A stretch of DNA of 64,000 bases from a bacterium (GTDB lineage: Bacteria; UBA8248), in NCBI GenBank assembly GCA_965207065.1, contig OZ242260.1:2240001-2304000 (forward strand). The letters are read 5' to 3'. The notes below the pieces were generated by a model. It worked only from the letters and a program-made list of their open reading frames with translations. It did not search any database and had not been told where the DNA came from. The position numbers were made by a program, and so were the translations under genes. Shown one piece after another: positions 11,320-21,625 of this stretch. The stretch's first letter is position 1. Every line of letters starts with the position of its first letter.

Positions 11320-12804
11320 ATGTCCAATTTTGACGGTTCGCAAGATGATCGAAGTCAGGTGGTTTCATGCCGCTTGTTTTACAAAATGTCGCGGATGCGA
11401 TTTTTCGTTTCGGCGGGTCTAGCGGCGCTAACTGCCTTGATGCCCGCTCATTCCGCCCTTGAGGAGCGCGAGGGGCGTGTATTCCCCTCGACGAAGACCC
11501 TCACCATGTCCGACGCGATTCAGCAGGCCCTACGAAACAACCGAAGCCTCATCGACGCGCGCCTGAGGCGCATCACGGAGAAGTTCGCGCTCGAGAGGGC
11601 GGAAGAGCGTTACCATCCCAGGCTTAGCGTGACTCCCTCCGTGTCCGTCGACAGCTCGGGTTTCGGCGCGGACGTTGCATCTGAGGTGTCGGTGCGCGTT
11701 CCCACGGGCGGTCGTTTCACATTGAGTTGGTCGAAAGGGATCCGGGAAGGGGAGGATGAGGTGGACGAGCCCGTCGTTCTCCGTTTCGAACAACCTTTGC
11801 TCAAAGGCGCCGGCGTTGCCGTGGATACCGTTCCCGTGAAGGTCTCGAGGCTGCGGGAGAAGCTGAACATCCTCTCGTTCAAGTCGGCGGTGAGCGACGT
11901 CGTCGTCTCGGTGATCGAAGCCTACCGGAGGGTTCTGGAATCGAAACGGCGATTGGAGATCGCCGAGCGGTCTCTGGAGAGGCTGAAAGGACAGCTCGAA
12001 GTCAACAGGGCGCTGGTCCAGGCGGGCAGAATGGCCCGGCAGGACATCGTTCAGACCGAAGCGGACATCGTCAATCAGGAGATCCGGCTCACGGAGGCCC
12101 GCAACGAGCTTGAATCCACGCGCCTGTCGTTGCTCGTCTTGCTGGGTCTGGACAGCCGGCTGCGTCTGCGCTTGTCGGAGGATTTGCAATTCGCCGCATC
12201 GCGTGTACGACCGGGTTTCGTGCGCAGCTTTGAATCGGCGCTACGCAACCGGCCTGATTACCTGAGGGAGCGGATCAACGTTAAAATCGCCGAGACCGAT
12301 TATCTTGTGGCCCGCAACGAGCAATTTCCCGATCTGTCGCTGTTCTCGGAGTTGGGGTTCGACGTGAAGGGCGAGGAGGATAGCGACTATTCCGCCGGGC
12401 TGGAATTGACGCTCACGCTGGGGGATCGCTCACGGGAAGAGCGGCTCCTGAACGCGAGAGTCTCCCTGAGGCGTGCGCAAAACGCTCTTGCGCGAGTGCG
12501 CGATTCGATTGGAATCGAAATCCGCAGGGCGGTTCAGGACCTGCGGCTGAAGTCCCGTCAGGTGGAATTCTCCAGGCGGGCGCTGAGGCTCGCGGAACGA
12601 AAACTCATGATAGCGCAGGAAAAACTGCGCCTGGGACTCTCGTCGAACTTCGAGATGACGCAGTTTGAGCAGGACCTGATTTCAGCGCAAAATGCCGAGG
12701 CCGAAGCCGTCGTTTCCTTGCTGAACGCGCGAACGGCTTTCGACCGATCGCTTGGCGCGACGCTGGAGACATGGAAGATCGACGTCAAACGGGTGGAAGA
12801 ATGA
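11320..12804 (+). CDS. TolC-family outer membrane efflux protein (true start probably 11386 or 11395)
   Basis: LTMSDAIQQALRNN, FEQPLLKG, ALRNRPD, KLRLGLSSNFE repeats typical of the OEP family. Confidence 0.9.
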   Translation: MSNFDGSQDDRSQVVSCRLFYKMSRMRFFVSAGLAALTALMPAHSALEEREGRVFPSTKTLTMSDAIQQALRNNRSLIDARLRRITEKFALERAEERYHPRLSVTPSVSVDSSGFGADVASEVSVRVPTGGRFTLSWSKGIREGEDEVDEPVVLRFEQPLLKGAGVAVDTVPVKVSRLREKLNILSFKSAVSDVVVSVIEAYRRVLESKRRLEIAERSLERLKGQLEVNRALVQAGRMARQDIVQTEADIVNQEIRLTEARNELESTRLSLLVLLGLDSRLRLRLSEDLQFAASRVRPGFVRSFESALRNRPDYLRERINVKIAETDYLVARNEQFPDLSLFSELGFDVKGEEDSDYSAGLELTLTLGDRSREERLLNARVSLRRAQNALARVRDSIGIEIRRAVQDLRLKSRQVEFSRRALRLAERKLMIAQEKLRLGLSSNFEMTQFEQDLISAQNAEAEAVVSLLNARTAFDRSLGATLETWKIDVKRVEE

Positions 12805-14621
12805 TGGCAGACAGCGCCTCCTTGTATGAAAACATCGTGAGCACCATCTCCGCCGCCGTGATATCCCTGAGTCCCGACGGCGTGGTCACCAGTTTCAACC
12901 CCACGGCGTCGAAGCTCACGGGCTTGTCCGCAGAGGCGGTCATCGGAAAGAAGTTCTCCGAACTCATCCTTTCCCTGGAAGGGGCGGATGAGCTGTTCGA
13001 CGCAATACTCGAAGCCGTTTACGATGCTTCGGTCGTCCACCAGCGCACCGTGGAAGCGGTTTTCGCAAACCGGCTGTATTATTTGTCCGTGACAACGACC
13101 TACATTCAGGATGAACGCGAGGGCGAACTGGTCAGGACCGGTATCCTGGCGGTATTCGAGGATATCTCCGAAATCAGGGAGTTGCACCTCAACGAGTTGC
13201 GCCTCAAGAAGGAGTTGGAAGATGAGCATGAAAAACTGCTCGACGCTTTCCGGAAGATCGAGGCCGGCAACCGGCAGTTAAGGGCGGCTTCGACGAAGAT
13301 TCGCGCTCTGAGATTGGGAGCGGCCGCCTTCGCCCTGATTCTGCTAGCGACGCTCGGGGCCTATTTCTGGAAGGCGGGGTTTCTCCTGATCGAGGATAGG
13401 CTTGCGAGCGATGCCGTACGAATGATGCCGCCGGCCGTCCTGCAGGATGTTCCCGGTATTGTGGTTTCACCGAGGCGGATTTTTTCCTCGATTTCCATCC
13501 CCGGACGACTGGAGCCGAAGCGTCGGGTCGAAATCACCGCTCCGCTCGAGGGTAAAGTGGCGGAGATTCATTTTCAGTACGGCCAACGGGTTGCGAAAGA
13601 CCAGACGCTGATGGAACTGGACGTGGAGCCGACTCGGATCAAACATCGCCGTGCGCGGGTCGAGTACATCAAGGCGCGCAAGCGGGTCAAGGAACTCGAA
13701 GATTTGTCCGGCAACGTCGTCGTGTCCCGGGCGCGACGGGCCGTGGAGCAAAATAAGGCCGAACTAGAAGTGAACAAGGAAAGACTTTCGAAATCCGCGT
13801 TTCTGCTCGGGCGGGGCCTGATACCGGACTCTGAACACGAGGCAATGAAACGAACCCATCACAACTTGCAACTAAATCTCGAGTCGGCGGAACTCGATCT
13901 GAAGGTTATTCTCGCGGACGCCAACATCAATCGTGAAGCGGCCCGGCTCGAGTTCGACAACGCCCGGGTGAGATTGAAGACTCTCGCCGAGATTATACGC
14001 CGCTCGAAAGTGAAGGCGCCTTTAAGCGGGGTCATTATACAGCCGGGAGCTGGCAGTCGGGTGTCGAACACTCAACTGGGCCCCGTTGTGATGAAAGGCA
14101 CGACAGTGAAGCAGGGAGGCTACTTGCTGAGCATCGGCGATTTCTCCGGCCTGAAAATAGTCGGTAACGTGGATGAGGTGGACGTCGTGCGGATTCGCGC
14201 CGGTCAGGCCGTCACAATCGTTGGCGACGCTTTCCCGGGTATCAGGCTGAAGGGCAAGGTTGCGGAAGTCGCCCAGCAAGCCATGAGAGGCGGCTTTAGA
14301 AGGGGGGGGCTTCCGCGTTTCAAGGTGGCCGCCGTCGTGGAAGAGCTCACGGACGCGCAACGCAAGGTGCTGCGACTGGGCATGTCGGCTGTATTGCGCA
14401 TCGTGGTCTACGACAAACCCAACGCATTGGTGGTCCCTATCGGCGCGGTGAACACGCAATCAAGCCGTCCTCGCCTGCTGGTGAAAGACAAGGAGACCGG
14501 CGAGGCGCGATTTGTCGAGGTGGTCACCGGCGTGACGACCGTGAGCGAAGTGGAGATACTCGAGGGGCTTGAGGCGGGCGATGAAATCATAATCCCTGCG
14601 CGAGAAGATTCTGTGTCTTGA
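12801..14621 (+). CDS. Membrane fusion (periplasmic adaptor) protein with N-terminal PAS domain
   Basis: N-terminal VISLSPDGVVTSFNPTASKLTG...FEDISE (PAS), coiled coil, TM helix, then ITAPLEGKV, KAPLSGVI, VDEVDV, GLEAGD. Confidence 0.85.
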   Translation: MMADSASLYENIVSTISAAVISLSPDGVVTSFNPTASKLTGLSAEAVIGKKFSELILSLEGADELFDAILEAVYDASVVHQRTVEAVFANRLYYLSVTTTYIQDEREGELVRTGILAVFEDISEIRELHLNELRLKKELEDEHEKLLDAFRKIEAGNRQLRAASTKIRALRLGAAAFALILLATLGAYFWKAGFLLIEDRLASDAVRMMPPAVLQDVPGIVVSPRRIFSSISIPGRLEPKRRVEITAPLEGKVAEIHFQYGQRVAKDQTLMELDVEPTRIKHRRARVEYIKARKRVKELEDLSGNVVVSRARRAVEQNKAELEVNKERLSKSAFLLGRGLIPDSEHEAMKRTHHNLQLNLESAELDLKVILADANINREAARLEFDNARVRLKTLAEIIRRSKVKAPLSGVIIQPGAGSRVSNTQLGPVVMKGTTVKQGGYLLSIGDFSGLKIVGNVDEVDVVRIRAGQAVTIVGDAFPGIRLKGKVAEVAQQAMRGGFRRGGLPRFKVAAVVEELTDAQRKVLRLGMSAVLRIVVYDKPNALVVPIGAVNTQSSRPRLLVKDKETGEARFVEVVTGVTTVSEVEILEGLEAGDEIIIPAREDSVS

Positions 14622-14678
14622 GGATGCGGGTTGTCATCGCCGACTCGGGGAGCATTCAAACCGCAGAAGTGAGGAAAC

Positions 14679-15362
14679 ATGCTTGAATTGGTGGACGTTC
14701 ACAAGAGCTACGTCACGGGTCCGGTCACCACGGAAGTTCTCAGAGGCTTGCAACTCGAAGTGAGACGGGGCGACCTGCTGTCGATCATGGGGCCCTCCGG
14801 CAGCGGAAAATCGACGTTGCTGAACATCATCGGCCTTCTTGACCGCCCTACGAGCGGCTCCTGCCTGCTGAATGGCCGGGAACTCATGAAAATGAACGAC
14901 GATGAACTGTCTTCGCTTCGAAACGTCAGTATCGGCTTTGTATTTCAGTCGTTCTTTCTGTTGCCCCGCCTCACGGCGCTGGAGAACGTATCCGTCCCGC
15001 TCGTATACAGGAGATGGAGCGGAGCGGCGATCAGGGGCCGATCTCTCGAGATGCTCGAGAAGGTCGGCATGGGGGACCGCGCGAACCACAGACCCAACCA
15101 GCTCTCCGGTGGACAGCAACAGCGCGTGGCCATTGCGCGCGCCCTCGTCGGAGACCCGGCGGTCCTGCTGGCCGACGAACCTACCGGCGCTCTGGATTCT
15201 GACACTTCCGAAGCAATCATGGCGTTGTTTCTGGAACTGAACGCTTCGGAAGAGGTGACAGTCATCATTATCACCCATGACCGTGACGTCGCCCGCCGAT
15301 GTGCGCGGCGCACCCGCATACGAGACGGCTTGCTGGAGGAGTCCCCGGAAACCGGTGAGTGA
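14679..15362 (+). CDS. MacB/LolD-type ABC ATP-binding protein
   Basis: [33 protein letters not shown]. Confidence 0.95.
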   Translation: MLELVDVHKSYVTGPVTTEVLRGLQLEVRRGDLLSIMGPSGSGKSTLLNIIGLLDRPTSGSCLLNGRELMKMNDDELSSLRNVSIGFVFQSFFLLPRLTALENVSVPLVYRRWSGAAIRGRSLEMLEKVGMGDRANHRPNQLSGGQQQRVAIARALVGDPAVLLADEPTGALDSDTSEAIMALFLELNASEEVTVIIITHDRDVARRCARRTRIRDGLLEESPETGE

Positions 15363-15405
15363 ACGGCGTCATCTCCGGCGAATTTATTTTTGAAAGCACA
15401 ATAAA

Positions 15406-16593
15406 ATGTTAGAGATCACGAAAAGTTATCTGAAAGAGGCGATGCGCAGCCTATACTCTTCCAAGCAGCGCAGCCTGCTCACGATTGTCGGCGTCGTAGT
15501 CGGCGTGAGTTCAATGATCGCGATGGTTTCCATCGGGTTGATCGTGCAGCATGAGGCCCTCAAGCGGTTCCGGGCGCAGGGCACCGACATCATGATGATC
15601 AGAAAACTGGAAGAACCCCAGACTTCGAAAAAAAACAACATCACCCTCGAGGACGCCCTCGGACTGATGAAGCTTTCCACCATCGTGTCCTCGGCCCCGT
15701 TCCTCGTCTCCTCCTGGCAGACCTCTGTCGCCAAAAGGAATCTGAACGTCCGGGTCTTCGGGGTTACGGAACGTTTCGCGGCCCTCAGGAAACTTCCGCT
15801 GGACGAAGGACGATTCATATCGGACCTCGACCATCGCCGGTATTTCTGTGTTCTCGGAGCGGACATCGCCAGCGCCCTGCGCAGTGCTGGCGTCCGCCCC
15901 CTCGTCGGAGGCTCGTTTGTGGTGCGAGAGGTGGTCTATACCGTCGTGGGCGTCTTGCGCAAAACCCCGAGCAACCCGCTGGGGTTTCGCGATGCGAACG
16001 AAGCCGTTTTCATTCCTTTCAGTACGGCGAAAAGGGTTTTCGGCAATCCAGAACTCGAAGATGTCGTGGCCCGAATGACCCCGGGAGCGCATCACGACGA
16101 TATGATCGCGCAGGTGAAGGATTACTTTCGCCTCAAACCGAACGGTCCTAAAATAGAAGTGAGCACCCCGAGGCAGCTGATTGAGCAAATGCAGAATCAA
16201 ATGCGATTGATCACGCTGTTCTTAGGGTCGGTGGGAGGCATTTCTCTCCTCGTCGGAGGACTCGGCGTCATGAACGTCATGATGGCGACTGTATCGGAGC
16301 GGCGTCTGGAGATTGGAATCAAGCGCGCCCTCGGGGCTCGTCGCCGCGACATTCGGTGGCAATTCCTGATTGAATCGCTCATCCTGTCCATGCTCGGCGG
16401 CGGATTCGGAATTGCCCTGGGGCTCGGCGTGTCAAATGTCATCAGCAACCAGAACGGCTGGCAGTTTTTCGTGTCGCCCGAAACGGTCGGCCTGGGATTC
16501 GGCATCACCGCAGGCACCGGTCTATTCTTTGGTTTCTATCCGGCCTATATGGCGGCCAGGCTCGATCCTATCGTTGCGTTGCGCGGTAATTAG
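15406..16593 (+). CDS. MacB/FtsX-type ABC permease
   Basis: [53 protein letters not shown]. Confidence 0.93.
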   Translation: MLEITKSYLKEAMRSLYSSKQRSLLTIVGVVVGVSSMIAMVSIGLIVQHEALKRFRAQGTDIMMIRKLEEPQTSKKNNITLEDALGLMKLSTIVSSAPFLVSSWQTSVAKRNLNVRVFGVTERFAALRKLPLDEGRFISDLDHRRYFCVLGADIASALRSAGVRPLVGGSFVVREVVYTVVGVLRKTPSNPLGFRDANEAVFIPFSTAKRVFGNPELEDVVARMTPGAHHDDMIAQVKDYFRLKPNGPKIEVSTPRQLIEQMQNQMRLITLFLGSVGGISLLVGGLGVMNVMMATVSERRLEIGIKRALGARRRDIRWQFLIESLILSMLGGGFGIALGLGVSNVISNQNGWQFFVSPETVGLGFGITAGTGLFFGFYPAYMAARLDPIVALRGN

Positions 16594-16999
16594 GCGGGTG
16601 GTTTCCTCTCCGGCAAGGTTAGGGATTGACCGTCGCGCCTGCGCCCACGCGCGGATTGAAGCGCCATGTTTCGACGTGGTCTATGCCGGAAAGGTTTTCC
16701 GGCAATAGCACTACTTTTTTATCGTGACTCATCACGCTTGCCGGCCATCGTTTGGTGTCCCGGAAAGAAGCATCCGCCAGCTCCGTTCAATGCAGTTCGT
16801 TCGCGTTGTAGCACCATGAATCATGAAATCCCTGAAAAAAACTGCCAATTCCGTTCATGCTCAATAATAATATAAATACCCCGTATTCGGGTTTTTCGTC
16901 AGGCGCAACGACTCAAACGAGGTAAAGACGCTGAGGGATTACCGTGCAGAGGGAGATAAGTATTTCGCGGTGCGGTTTTTCAATCTGGAGTAACAGCAG

Positions 17000-17470
17000 G
17001 TCCAGTTCAGGGACGGCCGTTGGGGGAATTGGTCCCCGCCTTAAAGGGCCTGTACGCTGCGAGCAGACTCACGCGGTTGATCGGATGGATCAGGGAAAGC
17101 GGTTACGTTCCGCGCACGTAGGTATCGCTCAAGACCGACTCGAAGCGTTCACAATCCGTGTGACTCATAAAGCCGACGGCGTGGAGAAGCTCGCGAACCA
17201 GAACCTGCTTGATCTCCTTGTCGCTGAAAGAGACAACGGCGTCCAGAGCGATCAGGCCGTCGGCACGGAGCGCGCCTTCCCAAAATCCGGCTTCCGATCA
17301 CTCCCTTTGCTCATGGTAGAAGACATACTTCAATACCCTCGTCCTGCCGAATTCGTCCGCGTTGGCGCCCGACCAATATTTGTGAGACGGCTTCTTGGGC
17401 AAGAACCGTACGTTCTGAGATCGTATCGGTAGAAATACTCCGTGCGTTCCTCGGTTATCGGCCGGTCGAT
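17000..17470 (-). pseudogene. Decayed metalloprotease-family paralog
   Basis: Manual minus-strand translation: SGANADEFGRTRV...VLVRELLHAVGFMSHTD...*...IHPINRVSLLAAY, matching 43642..44520; first His of HExxH replaced by Arg. Confidence 0.75.
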
Positions 17471-17481
17471 GGCCTCCAATC

Positions 17482-18027
17482 TCAGCAGCCTCTGCCGCCA
17501 CCATCCTTGATATAGCCGGTGTATGAGATGGTACTCGGCAACAGGGTCTCCACGCGTACCCAATTACCGTTTTGTTGTATCCATCCTCCATACTGGGAAG
17601 CTTTTGGCTCAGACAGCTGCAGAGTAAGGCTTTCCTGACCCTCATTGATATTGTCATTTAACGTTTGCACGTAGATGCGCGCGCCGTTGACGCCAGCGCT
17701 GAACTCAACTTTGCCGGTGGTATTATTGTAGTCATTTCCGGCCACAGCAGTGCCGTTTTCTGTTTTGTATCGATAGGTGAGACTTCCGCTATAAATGTTC
17801 TTGCCCGGCCTGGCTATCCCGAAACTCAACCGCCCTCCTTCACACGCATTCGCGGACTGTGCTAGCGCATGCGACGGCACAATGACACCGGTCATCAACG
17901 GAACAGCGAACACGGCAAATACCAAGGCCCACAAAGCGCGCTTCTTTCGGGTATTCCTTATGGTGACTGTGAGCGTGGCAACCGCAATCGGCACCCGCGC
18001 TATGCTTCTGTAAAATGCCTTTTTCAT
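17482..18027 (-). CDS. Small secreted single-domain Calx-beta protein
   Basis: Signal peptide ending ALA; YKTENGTAVAGNDY...GKVEF...VQTLNDNINEGQES. Confidence 0.85.
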   Translation of the reverse strand: MKKAFYRSIARVPIAVATLTVTIRNTRKKRALWALVFAVFAVPLMTGVIVPSHALAQSANACEGGRLSFGIARPGKNIYSGSLTYRYKTENGTAVAGNDYNNTTGKVEFSAGVNGARIYVQTLNDNINEGQESLTLQLSEPKASQYGGWIQQNGNWVRVETLLPSTISYTGYIKDGGGRGC

Positions 18028-18071
18028 GTCAGTTTCTCCCTTGATTGATGGTAGAAGCGGCTGCTCAGGTA

Positions 18072-18584
18072 TCAGCACCCCCCTGCCTGTGCTTGCGCAA
18101 CCGAGATTGAACCGTCGTCATCGATAATCTTCCCCTGCCTCTCGAATTGCCTCGGGAACTCCGGAGAGAGTTGGATAGGCGGCGTCATCCACCCCTCGAC
18201 GTTGCTGTAATACCCAGACATCTGGAAATCGTAGAACTTCAGAACGAAGAATTCGTCATTTTCCTTGGTGCAGTCGTCGCGCGTTTTCACCGAAATTCTC
18301 TTCTTCGATTCGCCCGGCCCAAATTCCACCTTGCCGCTGACCGACTCGAAATCCTGTCCGCTCGTGGCCGATCTGCCTTCCGTTCGATACGACCAGCGAT
18401 AGGACCAGTTATTCGGCGGGAGGTTCGTATCTATCTTGAACGTCATAGTCCCGCCCTCGCGAGCCTCGGCATCGGCCGCCAATGCCAGCGGCGAGCCGGT
18501 CGCTGCCCCGATCATCATCATGACAGCGAAAGTGGCCGCCGCAATCGGAAGTGGTGTGATATTGCGGTAGAATGGCTTTTCCAT
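18072..18584 (-). CDS. Small secreted single-domain Calx-beta protein
   Basis: Signal peptide; YRTEGRSATSGQDF...GKVEFGPGESKKRISVKTRDDCTKENDEFF. Confidence 0.88.
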   Translation of the reverse strand: MEKPFYRNITPLPIAAATFAVMMMIGAATGSPLALAADAEAREGGTMTFKIDTNLPPNNWSYRWSYRTEGRSATSGQDFESVSGKVEFGPGESKKRISVKTRDDCTKENDEFFVLKFYDFQMSGYYSNVEGWMTPPIQLSPEFPRQFERQGKIIDDDGSISVAQAQAGGC

Positions 18585-18609
18585 GTAGGTCCCCTTTATC
18601 TTGATGGAC

Positions 18610-18880
18610 TGTCGTACTCGGTAGCTTCTAGTCCTAGTCGGCCTTGGCCTTGCTGTCCCGCGTCTGATACGAGTACCGAAAGTCGGAATCCGGCACCGTA
18701 TAGCCCGGTGCAGCGGTGGGCGCCGCGATCACGAACTCCGCTGCCTCACCATCGGTCACCGTGACATCCTGCGACGCGGCCGACTGGGCAATCGACGTGA
18801 GCATAACGTCGAGCAGGGCTCCTCCCCTCAACATTCGCAACCACGCGGGTGCCTCGACAGAAATCGATTCTTCATAACTT
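18610..18880 (-). pseudogene. Truncated third Calx-beta paralog
   Basis: QDVTVTDGEAAEF...FRYSYQTRDSKAKAD*; frameshifted leader. Confidence 0.55.
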
Positions 18881-19178
18881 TCTTCTTGTCCGAGTGCCGT
18901 TTCGTACTTCCGGTTCTTCTCTATCCCAATAATATTACAAGCCCGGAAATCGAAAATCAATTTTTTTTAATTTTAATTTCCAGAATAAAATCAATATAGT
19001 GGCGAGGTCTCGGAAGGACCGGAAGGAAATGCCCTCCGCCCGAAAGTGACGGATTCCGACGGTTAAAGAGATAATCGGCGGCAGGCGGTTTCATTCGCCT
19101 AATATATGAGAGTGGCACAAGGGGAGGGGTGATACGATTTGTCTGCTACCCGGGATCAGGGACATCACGGTTTGCTGC

Positions 19179-19466
19179 ATGAAGCTTTCGCTCACGCTGT
19201 TTCTCGTTTCGGCGAGCCTGGCGACACTGGTCTTTATGACACCCGTCTCCTCGACACCTGTGGAACGAAGCGGGCGAGCGTTGCCCTCGACTGAGAAGCT
19301 CACGTTGGCCGATGCGATTCGACGAGCCCTGCGGAATAACCGAAGCCTCATCAATGCGCGCCTCGCGCGCATCGCACAGAAGTTCACGCTAAAGAAAGCG
19401 GAAGAAAGGTATCATCCGACGCTGAGCGTCACCCCCTCAGTTTCCGTCGACCGCTCCGGTTTCGGG
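19179..19466 (+). pseudogene. 5' fragment of a second TolC paralog, cut by mobile elements
   Basis: LTLADAIRRALRNNRSLINARL...LSVTPSVSVDRSGFG parallels the 11320 gene; homology stops at the intron-end palindrome. Confidence 0.88.
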
Positions 19467-19509
19467 GGCCGGGTAGGCGGGGGCATTGCTGCGCCCCGCC
19501 TACCCGGCC
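19467..19509. repeat. Palindromic scar of two opposed group II intron 3' ends (16-bp perfect arms)
   Basis: ggccgggtaggcgggg-N11-ccccgcctacccggcc; both strands read as domain VI end plus terminal C. Confidence 0.85.
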
Positions 19510-19517
19510 AATGGTTA

Positions 19518-20449
19518 GTAACAGTTCGGCGGAGGGGTGATAACTTAGTCGATGCCGGAGACATTTGTAGGAATTGCGCGGTGTAGCCAGCTTCAGCTGG
19601 TGCTTTCCTTTTCTTTATCACCCCACGACCGAACGAATATTGCGCCAGGCTAAGCCCTGGAGAGGAGGATGCCATGACCTGAAACCTCTCGTAGCGACCC
19701 AGCGGGTTCGACTCCCGCCCGGCAAAGGCGAAGCCGGCCAGCCGGAAGCGAGTCTTGCATGGCGTGCGGCAACGCCCGTCGTGAAGCGTAGACAGCAGGT
19801 GATGAAGCGGCGGGGTAAGCCTCGAAATCGGTCAATCGACGACGCCTTCATTGTTAATCGTGTGGGGGCAGCACCAGGAGCGCCGCCAATGGCGAGGCGC
19901 AACGGGTCGTCCGGGGTCGTGGGCCGGCGCAAAGTCACGGGACGGGTCGCCAGGGAACCTGGGAGATCCTGCTCTTGCCCGTGGGCAAGAACGCTGGAAA
20001 GGGGACGGCCAGCGTGAACAATCCAGACCCCGGCCCGTCGCCGGACCTGCACGGCGGCGGGAGCGCCCCAGGGCGGACACGAACCCGGCAGGCGCCCGCG
20101 GAACCGGCTGGCCAAAACAATAAGCCGAAGGACATGCGAGGGTAGGAAGTCGTAGCGCCCTGATAGTACCGCTGAAGGCGGGGAACCGTGGCCATCGGGA
20201 CCCGCTGGAGGGAAGCGGGGCGTCATCTGTACAGAACCACTGATGGGAAACGATGGAGGAAACTCTGAGTTCCACCAACACGTACACGAAACAGCAGTGG
20301 ATAGCCGAACAGGCGAGGAATGCCTCGACCTGCGGACCAAGGGTGACAACCCCTTGAGCGAACCTGTCAGGTGAGGAACCGAGTGCGTCAATCGCGCACG
20401 CTCGGGTCTGCGGGGGGAGGGGCGCAGCAATGCCCCCTCCTACCCGGCC
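19518..20449. mobile_element. IS66-type MITE (122 bp at 19518..19639 plus terminal C at 20449) carrying an intron in its right TIR
   Basis: Left gtaacagttcggcggaggggtgataa, right ttatcaccccacgaccgaacgaata|c; 20/24 match to the IS66 TIR at 49409; flanked by aatggtta / atggtta. Confidence 0.8.
19640..20448 (+). ncRNA. ORF-less group II intron, copy A (809 nt)
   Basis: Starts TTGCG; near-identical to 45140.. until the early IEP; DV gaggaaccgagtgcgtcaatcgcgcacgctcgggtctg; DVI ends cctAcccggc. Confidence 0.92.
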
Positions 20450-20461
20450 ATGGTTAGTAAC

Positions 20462-21625
20462 CGATGGAGTGGACGCGCCCTCCCGGCGCCATCAAACTGG
20501 GCGTGTTGACATTGGTCTGCCGCCCTGCGGGAGGAGCGAGATGGAACAGGTCCACATCATCGGTATCGACTTGGCGAAACACGGATTTCAACTCCACGGC
20601 GCGCGCCCGGACGGGTCGGTCGCGTTCCGCAAGAAGCTGACGCGGGGGAAGGTGTTGGGTTTTCTGGAATCGCAGCCTCAGTGCCGGGTTGCGATGGAGG
20701 CATGCGGGAGTGCGCACTATTGGGGCCGCGAGATCGGCGAACTCGGCCATGAGGTGAAGATCATGCCACCGCGATATGTGAAGGCGTTCGTCAAGCGTCA
20801 GAAGAACGACGCCGCGGATGCAGAGGCGATCTGCGAGGCGGCCTCTCGTCCCACGATGCGCTTTGTGGCCGTGAAGACAGAAGAGCAGCAGGCTTTGGGG
20901 ATGCTGTTCCGCACGCGCGACTTGCTGGTTCGCCAGCGGACCCAGACGGTCAACGCCTTGCGCGGGCACCTGGCGGAGTTCGGCGTCATCGCCCCCAAGG
21001 GTACCGCCCACGTCGTACAGCTGGCGTCCGCCGTTGCGGACCCGGACTCGGGGCTGCCCGAGTCTGTTCGCGAACCGGGCGGGCTTCTGCTCGGGCAGAT
21101 CGCCGACCTGAACAGGAAAGTCGGGGAACTGGAGAGCCGGATCCGCTCGGGCGCTTACGAGGAACAGGAGGCGAGGCGACTGATGAGCATCCCGGGAATC
21201 GGGCCGATCTGCGCGTCGGCGATACTGGCCTTCGCGCCGCCGATGGAGAGCTTCCGGAGCGGGCGGGACTTCTCCGCCTGGCTCGGCCTTGTGCCGCGAC
21301 AGCACTCGACCGGAGGCAAGTCTCGACTGGGCAAAGTGTCGAAGATGGGACAGCGCGACATCAGGCGGCTGTTGATCACGGGTGCAATGACGGTGGTGCG
21401 CTGGGCGGACTGGCGCGGCGCGCCGCCGGGCTCCTGGCTCGCCCGGATGCTGGCGCGCAAGCCGAGGATGCTGGTCGCGGTGGCGCTGGCCAACAGGATG
21501 GCGCGCATCGCCTGGGCGCTGATGACGAAAAGAGAATGCTACAGGGAGCCTGCGCCGGGCATCTGAACGGCAGGCGGGCGAATATAGACGGGAGGAATGT
21601 AAGCAGGTCGGAAGGAGCAGAGGCG
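20462..21625 (+). mobile_element. IS110 family, IS1111-type element (right non-coding end appears truncated)
   Basis: Left end cgatgga-gtggacgcgccc resembles IS1111-type ends; transposase downstream; no matching right subterminal IR found. Confidence 0.8.
20541..21566 (+). CDS. IS110-family transposase (DEDD)
   Basis: IGIDLAK, MEACG, KNDAADAEAI, IPGIGP, WLGLVPRQHSTGG, VALANRMARIAW. Confidence 0.95.
   Translation: MEQVHIIGIDLAKHGFQLHGARPDGSVAFRKKLTRGKVLGFLESQPQCRVAMEACGSAHYWGREIGELGHEVKIMPPRYVKAFVKRQKNDAADAEAICEAASRPTMRFVAVKTEEQQALGMLFRTRDLLVRQRTQTVNALRGHLAEFGVIAPKGTAHVVQLASAVADPDSGLPESVREPGGLLLGQIADLNRKVGELESRIRSGAYEEQEARRLMSIPGIGPICASAILAFAPPMESFRSGRDFSAWLGLVPRQHSTGGKSRLGKVSKMGQRDIRRLLITGAMTVVRWADWRGAPPGSWLARMLARKPRMLVAVALANRMARIAWALMTKRECYREPAPGI

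Noticed and set aside
19574-20430. ORFs repeated at 19.6, 45.1 and 52.7 kb
   Set aside because: Shadow frames over the intron ribozyme RNA.
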